NCBI GenBank assembly: GCA_030167865.1
Contig: JALAGF010000485.1
Span: 1 to 64,000 of the forward strand
Direction: 5' to 3'
DNA length: 64,000 nucleotides
Source of the DNA: Craspedostauros australis
Taxonomy: Eukaryota
Part shown: positions 57,134 through 64,000 of the stretch, piece by piece
Numbering within the stretch: the first letter of the stretch is position 1
Layout of the letters: each line of letters opens with the position of its first letter
Program-made: the position numbers and the translations under genes
Notes under the pieces: generated by a model
What the model was told of the DNA's origin: nothing
Seen by the model: only the letters and a program-made list of their open reading frames with translations
The model's database searches: none

Positions 57134-59149
57134 TCAGCACGCGAATTTACGATCGAGTTGCTGCTGCCTTCTTGGCAGTTGGTACTTCTTCGGCGAATGG
57201 CGATGATTTTGATGGTACTGGTTGCGACGGCGCCGTTGGATCAATTCTGAATGCTCAGATACCGAAAAAGAAGCATCCGTCACCACGGTGCTTTCATCGT
57301 TCGTGCCATCATCGTACGTGTCGTAGATGTACTCGTCTCCCACCTCATACCGGGCCATGCGACGGCGATCGCGTGGCTGTTGCTTCTGCTTTTGCGCCGC
57401 TTCCTCCTGCCTGGGAGTGCTCTCGTGTCTCTTTTCCTCCTCCATCTCCTTCTTACTCTTTGCGTTTCGCTCTTCCTGAACGCGCTGGGCCTCGATCTCG
57501 GCCGCCTTTTGGCGCTCCTCCTGCTTCACCTTGGCTTGTTCCTGCCCGTCAAAGGCATCCAGCTTTTCCACCGTCTTGTTCAGCAACGTCTCCAACATGC
57601 TTTGCGTCAATTTCAAGTGCATGCCACCATTGAGAGACGACAACGCAGCCGCAGATGCCTTGGCTGTGGCCGCACGATCACGGCCCACCTTGCTCTGGAT
57701 CCCCAGCTGCCCATCATTGTCCCACAGCTGCATCATGCCTTCTCGCAGCAAGTACGGGAACAATGGATTCGAGACCAATCCGAGAGAATCTTCGATGTTC
57801 AGATCATGTGGCAGGTACACCACCAAAGAGGATTCCCACACGTACTCTCGCAAGTCGGCATACAGCACCAGATGCTGCGCCAGCCGTTGCAGATCGGCCA
57901 GATCCCATTCCAACTTGCCCTGCTCTCGCGTCTCCAAAAGCTTCATAACGAGCCGCTGCCGGGCGTGCGTCTGACACTTGGGCAGGTCGCAACGGTACGC
58001 AATGGTAAGCCACAGCAACGCATTCTGGATCGTCAATTCGCCCTGCGTACGCGTCAGGACCGTATCCAGCAGGAAGGCATCAATGTCGCGCGACAGTATC
58101 TTCAGTTTGACGCACCACGGCAATGCGGTGGGGAAGGTCTGCCACGTCAACTGCGTTGGTCGCGATGGCTGCAGGAACTCCATGACGATCTTCCAATCCG
58201 AGGCGTCGTGATGCGAAAAATCGACGAAGTAGTACGGGATGTTGGTGCCAGTGCCATGCAGCCGCATCGTCTTCTTGATGTACTCCGATGTGTGGGCCAC
58301 GATATCGGAGGAATGGTGGAAGCGTTGCTTGCCGACCTGGACGAGGAGGTCGCAATTGAACCTCTGCTGCGACGCGGGGGCCGTCTTGGACTTCATGCGG
58401 CTGGATTTGGTGTTGGCGAACTGGACTGTGGATCCGCTGATGAAGCTGTGGAAGTCGTCCGTGGCATCTGTGCTGCTGCTTGTCGTTTTCTGGGAGGAGT
58501 TTGGCTCACCGTGCTTGCCGTCTTCATCGTCGTCGGAGATGATGTTGTGGGTAACGGTGTACGTTGTGGTCTGCAGGTTGATGTCGGCGTTGTTGATGCT
58601 GAGTCCTTTGTTGCTGGAGCCGGCGCTGCCCTTGTTGTTCTTTTGCGCATCACTGTACGTATCCTGAGGATTGTACATGGAAGCGGTTCTGTCCAAGCGG
58701 ATGTTGCATGGGTTGGTGAATGCCGATGTGAACTGCGATGATGGAATGAGAGCGACAGCGTTCGAGCACTGTCCACCATCCGGCAGGGATGGTAACGATT
58801 TTGCGTGACCTGCCGCCATGTCCACGGGAATCATGAAGCACTCCTCCGGATCGCAAGGAATGTCATTGAAACCGTGGCTATCATCATCATCCTGCTGCTC
58901 GGTTTTGCTTTGGGAAGCATTGCGCGTCCTACTATGCTTCGGGCTGCTGATGGGTGAATCCTGTTTGGGCCTGGAGCGCTGACGATGTTGCTTTGGGAGG
59001 CTGTGTCCGAAGTGTTTCTGCTGCGGTCTGCGTTGCTTGGTGAAGCGATTCCTTGTGCGTCGAGAGCCGTCGATGCCCGTCTTTGCGGATCGCGGCATGG
59101 ATTCATCCTCCGAACCGCTGCCCTCCGAAGAATCGTAGAATCGGGGCAT
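57134..59149 (-). CDS. BTB/POZ-like domain protein
   Basis: CDLLVQVGKQRFHHSSDIVAHTSEYI..DWKIVMEFL resembles a BTB core; disordered N-terminus and coiled-coil C-terminus. Confidence 0.7.
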   Translation of the reverse strand: MPRFYDSSEGSGSEDESMPRSAKTGIDGSRRTRNRFTKQRRPQQKHFGHSLPKQHRQRSRPKQDSPISSPKHSRTRNASQSKTEQQDDDDSHGFNDIPCDPEECFMIPVDMAAGHAKSLPSLPDGGQCSNAVALIPSSQFTSAFTNPCNIRLDRTASMYNPQDTYSDAQKNNKGSAGSSNKGLSINNADINLQTTTYTVTHNIISDDDEDGKHGEPNSSQKTTSSSTDATDDFHSFISGSTVQFANTKSSRMKSKTAPASQQRFNCDLLVQVGKQRFHHSSDIVAHTSEYIKKTMRLHGTGTNIPYYFVDFSHHDASDWKIVMEFLQPSRPTQLTWQTFPTALPWCVKLKILSRDIDAFLLDTVLTRTQGELTIQNALLWLTIAYRCDLPKCQTHARQRLVMKLLETREQGKLEWDLADLQRLAQHLVLYADLREYVWESSLVVYLPHDLNIEDSLGLVSNPLFPYLLREGMMQLWDNDGQLGIQSKVGRDRAATAKASAAALSSLNGGMHLKLTQSMLETLLNKTVEKLDAFDGQEQAKVKQEERQKAAEIEAQRVQEERNAKSKKEMEEEKRHESTPRQEEAAQKQKQQPRDRRRMARYEVGDEYIYDTYDDGTNDESTVVTDASFSVSEHSELIQRRRRNQYHQNHRHSPKKYQLPRRQQQLDRKFAC

Positions 59150-60151
59150 GTCGTGATAGTTCTTCAGCACCAACCGTGCTGATGAACTCTGCAATCAGTC
59201 CACCGCCGAGGCGACTCAGCAACGATGTGAGGACGGTACAGCGCTTGCGCTCAGTCTGCCAATCAACCAAGGTCCTTCTCGATCAATCAACGGCCTCCCG
59301 AACTCAATTTCCGGCGGACCGCTTCAGACGGTCGACGGCTCCGCTCTCCAACCGATACGCAAACGATGAGGCTGACGATGGATGATGATCCCAAATGGAG
59401 GTGGGGATCGCAGTGGCGTCGTCGATGCAGATAATGACACGAGTGGCAACGCGGAAGAGGACAGGAAATATCGCATCGCAATAGAAGAACACACCACAGA
59501 GAACTCACCTGCACGTTGGCCATCACATGAACGACCGACTAACACGCCCTACCAACGAACCCTCGCGCACTCCCATTCCTCCGTTGCTCGCTTCGTCAAA
59601 TTCTTTCGTTTCGTCCCAACACGACGCAACTTCACCAAAACAGTCGTGCAAGGGACGATTTTGTGAGCACAATAACGGTTATAACGGTCCATGACCGATA
59701 AAATGAGATTCCACATTGGGGCTGTCTTTGTACCAAATCACCTAGATGACGTCATGCAATGCTTCATGACTCGCCTAAACACGAATGAGGTGAGAAACGA
59801 ACGCTTGTTGTCCACGATGACGAAAACGCAATGACGATGTCTGAAGGAATCGGAACGATGGGAGTCGCCGCCAACAAGACAACACGAACAGAGTTTGGTA
59901 TTGGTGTGCGCAGTCCATCGTAGGAGTCGCACACCAAACAAATCAATTGAAAGTTAGAGAGCCAACGCTAAAGCCAAGTGAGGCAAAGAGAAAGCTGAGG
60001 ATCTGACGGAGGGCAAAGGGTAAAGAGGATCACAGAGGAGTTCTAGGACAGTCATTCTTTCATCTGAAACGCAACAACGAAAGACAGACCACCGACGGTG
60101 CTACTCTCCACACCATACTCGTACCACTCTCCAATTCCACTCCGCTGCACC

Positions 60152-62083
60152 ATGCTGCGTCAACAATCGAGAAAGAGAACCAGAAGCGGGATGCTGCTGT
60201 TTGCCGCATTTGCCATCTTGCAATTCTCTTTCGTTCCGAATGCTGTGACCGTCGTCGATGCGAAGGACCCTCACTCAAACTCGGATCACCATCATCGTTA
60301 TCGCGGTCACAATGGACATGATGGCAATGGCCATCATTATCGCAACCCAACCGACGTGGACCCTTCCTTGTCATCAGCAGGATCAGCGGCAGCAGCAGGG
60401 ATATCTGCAACAGCCACACCAGCGCCATCGAAGTCTCCGTCCACACGGCCACCACCTCCGCCGCTTCGACCACCACCGCCTCCGTCGCTGTCATCCATCT
60501 TTCAGGTGCTGGAGTCTGAAATTTGGGACGCCGCGGACAATGTGTGGAAGGCCGCAACGCCATCGCGATGGACGACTACGAGTGGAGAGACATGCGATGG
60601 TCCCACCGACATTCGGGCACCGGACGGGTTCCGCTTCGTGGGGGATTGGAAGATCGTCGTGCAGACAGGCAGGGATTCGTTGGGCTGGGAGTATCACTTT
60701 CGGTATCTGCAGCAAGCATCGCGACAGCGCATATGGTTGAGAACGATTCAACCGCGAGAGCAGGCCAAGGAAGCCGAGGATGAGGTGGAAGGAGATGGAG
60801 ATGGAGAAGTAGCTGAGAGGGAGGAAGGCAAGAAAAAGATCAAGAGCAAGAGCATAAGCTCGAGTTCGAGTTCGAGCAAGGAGAGAGATGCCCATGTGCA
60901 AGATGAGTACGACACAGATACGGAGGATGAAACAGAAGCGGAGGCAAAGGCGGAAGCAATGCTCAGGCCGCAACGTGCGAAGGATATCAAAGCAGTTGTG
61001 AAACCCAAGAAGGACGGCAAGAAGGCAGCGACAGGCAAGAAGGCTCAGTCACAGTCTGTCGCCAGAACTGCCGCCACCAAAACTAGAAAGAAGGGACGAT
61101 CCAGAGCGTCGAAGGTGGTGCAGGCAATCCAGGACGAATACAATTTCAAAGGATTCGGCGTCACAGTGCTCAAGTCCTTCATCTTCCCATCTTCCATCGG
61201 CGTCTCCGTGGGCCTCCCGCTGACTGCGAACTTCGACAGCTGGGATCGCAACCCGGGACTTCCAAGGATCGCATCAAGCGTCTTTGTGGGCTTTCCCTGG
61301 TGCATCGCAGGTTTCTTGTCCACGAGCCTGCACGTCGAATGGATCAAATGGGTCTTTTCCAAGTCCATGCGGGCCGTGACGCGGTTCATCATCCTCTCCC
61401 TGTACACTGTCTTCGTGCGAGGCTTCTACATGGCCCTGTCGACCCTGCTGTATCCCTTCCTGCGACGGCGACACGAGCTGCCAACGTTGCGGCCATTGCC
61501 ACCCATGGACAAGCCCAATTACAACCCGGACATTTCCGAACGCGTCGGCATGAGCCTATCGTATCGCTGGAGCATGGCGCGCGGGTTCGAAGGCAGGGTC
61601 AGCTATTGGCATTCCTACCTACCGACCTTCGTGGCTTACCGCCGTGTGTTCAATTCCATCTTGCAGCTGGTCGGCGAACCGACGGAGAACATCGGATGGT
61701 GGCAGACGCATTTCGGTTCGTTGGGTTTCATCTTGGGATGCCCCATCCCGGTGCCACCCAAGTTCTCCTGTTCGGCCCAGCTGTCGTTGAGCGGATTCTA
61801 TTTGGAGAATGCGCTGTCCAAGATCGGTGAGCGCCGCAGCATCGCGCGCAACGCAAAGTCCCTGGTGGAAGATAGCGATGACGAGGACAGCGCTCTCTCG
61901 CCCGATGCCGCGTCCAGTCTGCGCAAGGGACAGAAGCTAGCAGGAGCATCCGAAGCGACAACGAACAGAAGAAATAGCAATGAAAGGATACGTTCTTCGG
62001 TGGCAGTACCCACGAGGACTGGCATCACGAGTGCCGAAAGCAGCAGCGGTACTGCAACGAAAGTGAAGACGGTGACGACTTGA
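60152..62083 (+). CDS. Hypothetical membrane protein with a signal anchor and a DysF-like segment
   Basis: Long ORF with a hydrophobic N-terminal segment, APDGFRFVGDWKI..DSLGWEY..RQRIWLR, and a C-terminal hydrophobic/aromatic region. Confidence 0.72.
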   Translation: MLRQQSRKRTRSGMLLFAAFAILQFSFVPNAVTVVDAKDPHSNSDHHHRYRGHNGHDGNGHHYRNPTDVDPSLSSAGSAAAAGISATATPAPSKSPSTRPPPPPLRPPPPPSLSSIFQVLESEIWDAADNVWKAATPSRWTTTSGETCDGPTDIRAPDGFRFVGDWKIVVQTGRDSLGWEYHFRYLQQASRQRIWLRTIQPREQAKEAEDEVEGDGDGEVAEREEGKKKIKSKSISSSSSSSKERDAHVQDEYDTDTEDETEAEAKAEAMLRPQRAKDIKAVVKPKKDGKKAATGKKAQSQSVARTAATKTRKKGRSRASKVVQAIQDEYNFKGFGVTVLKSFIFPSSIGVSVGLPLTANFDSWDRNPGLPRIASSVFVGFPWCIAGFLSTSLHVEWIKWVFSKSMRAVTRFIILSLYTVFVRGFYMALSTLLYPFLRRRHELPTLRPLPPMDKPNYNPDISERVGMSLSYRWSMARGFEGRVSYWHSYLPTFVAYRRVFNSILQLVGEPTENIGWWQTHFGSLGFILGCPIPVPPKFSCSAQLSLSGFYLENALSKIGERRSIARNAKSLVEDSDDEDSALSPDAASSLRKGQKLAGASEATTNRRNSNERIRSSVAVPTRTGITSAESSSGTATKVKTVTT

Positions 62084-63291
62084 TGTGATGTGTTGCGGTG
62101 CGAGCATGCGTACGCGTGAATATGAATAGACGACACAATTCTATCAGGCACGTAAGCACACTCCAGAACCAAAGCAGAGTGCCCAACTTAGAGCAGCATG
62201 TGACATGATATCCATCTTGAATTACGGTATTAGACTGGAAAGATTACAGAATATAATACTATTGTAGAATACGAGGTCTTGCTTGGTCTGCTCTGTCAAC
62301 GTGCACTGTTGGATGAGTATTTCTCTTTGTAGCCACGGAATGCAGAGGACATGAACGGAGAAACAATAACTATTATGTACTCGCACAGCATAATGCCACT
62401 ACCCTCCTCTGCTCTACGCTACTCTGCTCTACTCTGCTCTCTTGGCGACCTCTCCCAGATTGGCTGGGATGTATTGAACCTCGGCGGTCTACTCGAAACG
62501 CTGTTTGTGACGTCTGCCAACAAGCCCAGAACTTCTGGGTGCGTGAGGTATCTTCGGCGAACTGTTTGATCGGAGGTGGAATCGTGACAATGATACTTCT
62601 GCGAAGTGTGCCGGAAGCAATGCAGCGCAGGGCCTTCACCGTTCAAATGAAGCGGTTACATAATTAGCGGTTGGAAGACGTTGTTTGGACTTATTCAAAT
62701 GGAAGAAAGCGGTTACGCCAGCATGTGTGTGTCATTTGTGTGTCACGCAGGCGGTTCATTGGTGGTCTCTTCTGCGTTGTGGATGACGTCTCGGCAACCA
62801 AGGGAGGAAGGGACCAGCAGCAGTGGAGGCACCTCACCACAGCGATGTGACAAAGAGAGAGTGTCTGCGCAATAACGCAGTACAAGTTGCTCGTGGAGTA
62901 TCACGTGCGGCGCAGAACAGCACAGCGCAAGACTGGAAGCAAGCTCATCCACAAAAGCGCAATTCAAATCAGGTTGCTGTCCTCTCTCTCTTCTAGCAGA
63001 GCATAGTCAGCAGTGTAATCATTGTATTACCGACATCATCGACACCATAGACACCACCATCACCATCAACATCACACTCTACCATACTCACAGTCGTCAC
63101 AACCGCGATACCACCAGGTGTTGTTGTTGTTGTCCGCAGCCCCCGGCTCCAGTCTCCTTTGCGAATTGACGTTGACACAGTTTCGAGAGGACCAACCAAG
63201 AAACGGCACAAGCAAGAAAGCCAGTCAAATAAATCCCACAGCGCTGCTTCCCAGAAGCTGAAAGACACTTGCTTGCGGACACCCCACAACA

Positions 63292-63325
63292 ATCGACTAT
63301 CGACTATCGACTATAGACTATCGAC
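63292..63325. repeat. 7-bp tandem repeat (TCGACTA)n
   Basis: About 5 copies just upstream of the ATG at 63345. Confidence 0.8.
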
Positions 63326-63344
63326 CATCAACAAGAAACAAGCC

Positions 63345-64000
63345 ATGGGAAAAGCAAGCGGAGCAACGCCGCAGCGCGCCACGAACAACTATGCAGCACC
63401 GCACACCCCGATCGCATCGGCCAAGCGGCCACGATCCAGCATGGACAGGTCCATGCTGAGCCCAAGCGGCCACAAGAGCGGTCTGCCAGCCACTCCCCTC
63501 GTCAAGGGCGATCCCAACACCCCGGTGCCCAACGAAGGCGCGGGATCGCTCAAGACCCCACCGTCCGGCAGACCCCCGCTGGCCTCCGCGGATGCGTCCG
63601 ATCAGCCAATGTCGCCCATGCACCCCGCGCGCCCCATGAGCGTCCACGACCTCAAGATCAAGGAGAAGCTCTCCGTGCATCTCGAGGCCGACGAGGAGGC
63701 CGATGAGGCCGCCGCCATCGAGAGGCAGAACGACGCGCTCTTCAGTCCCGTCCTGCACCTGGACAAGGACGACGAGAAGCTCGATGGCGACGACGCAGCC
63801 ACTTCGGTCACCGACGAGGACGTGGCCAAGGCACAGCCATCCGACGGCTCCAACAACGACTACGAAGGGGAGGAGAGGCTGCAGGCCAACCGGGATCATC
63901 AGGGTGGTCACGATGGCGCGGGAGTCGCTGCCGATGACCACGACCATCAGCCGGAGGAGGAGGAGGAGGAGGAAGCCTCCCACCACGAGGAGACCGATGA
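63345..64000 (+). CDS. Hypothetical protein, 3'-partial (SP/TP-rich, then acidic)
   Basis: ATG at 63345 (MGKASGATPQ..) is open to the end of the window with GC3 bias. LFSPV plus an acidic run is reminiscent of CTDSPL2-type N-termini, but no catalytic domain is visible. Confidence 0.7.
   Translation, partial: MGKASGATPQRATNNYAAPHTPIASAKRPRSSMDRSMLSPSGHKSGLPATPLVKGDPNTPVPNEGAGSLKTPPSGRPPLASADASDQPMSPMHPARPMSVHDLKIKEKLSVHLEADEEADEAAAIERQNDALFSPVLHLDKDDEKLDGDDAATSVTDEDVAKAQPSDGSNNDYEGEERLQANRDHQGGHDGAGVAADDHDHQPEEEEEEEASHHEETD

Overview
Eukaryotic nuclear DNA, most likely from a diatom (GT-AG introns, bipartite plastid presequences of the ASAFAP type, diatom-type ankyrin, DUF6824 and sulfotransferase-like families); the species cannot be determined from the sequence. 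The window opens in the 3' half of an apparently intact non-LTR retrotransposon (RNase H plus C2HC finger, with a strongly structured 3' UTR). About 23 host genes follow: an OTU deubiquitinase, four diverged ankyrin/coiled-coil paralogs around a kinesin-6, RPLP2, a 2xUBA protein with a herpes-tegument-like (VTD/C76) domain, a His-box desaturase, GT31- and GT92-like glycosyltransferases, an arsenite methyltransferase with a plastid-type presequence exon, a DUF6824 protein, a TPR protein, G6PD, NDUFV2, an SLC35A-like transporter, a sulfotransferase, a BTB protein and a DysF-like protein. There is also a decayed ORF relic at about 6.9-8.9 kb. The most interesting leads are the ankyrin/kinesin cluster, the UBA-VTD candidate pseudo-DUB and the plastid-targeted ArsM. 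No rRNA, tRNA or CRISPR array was recognised. All family calls are by-eye motif recognition; no searches were run.
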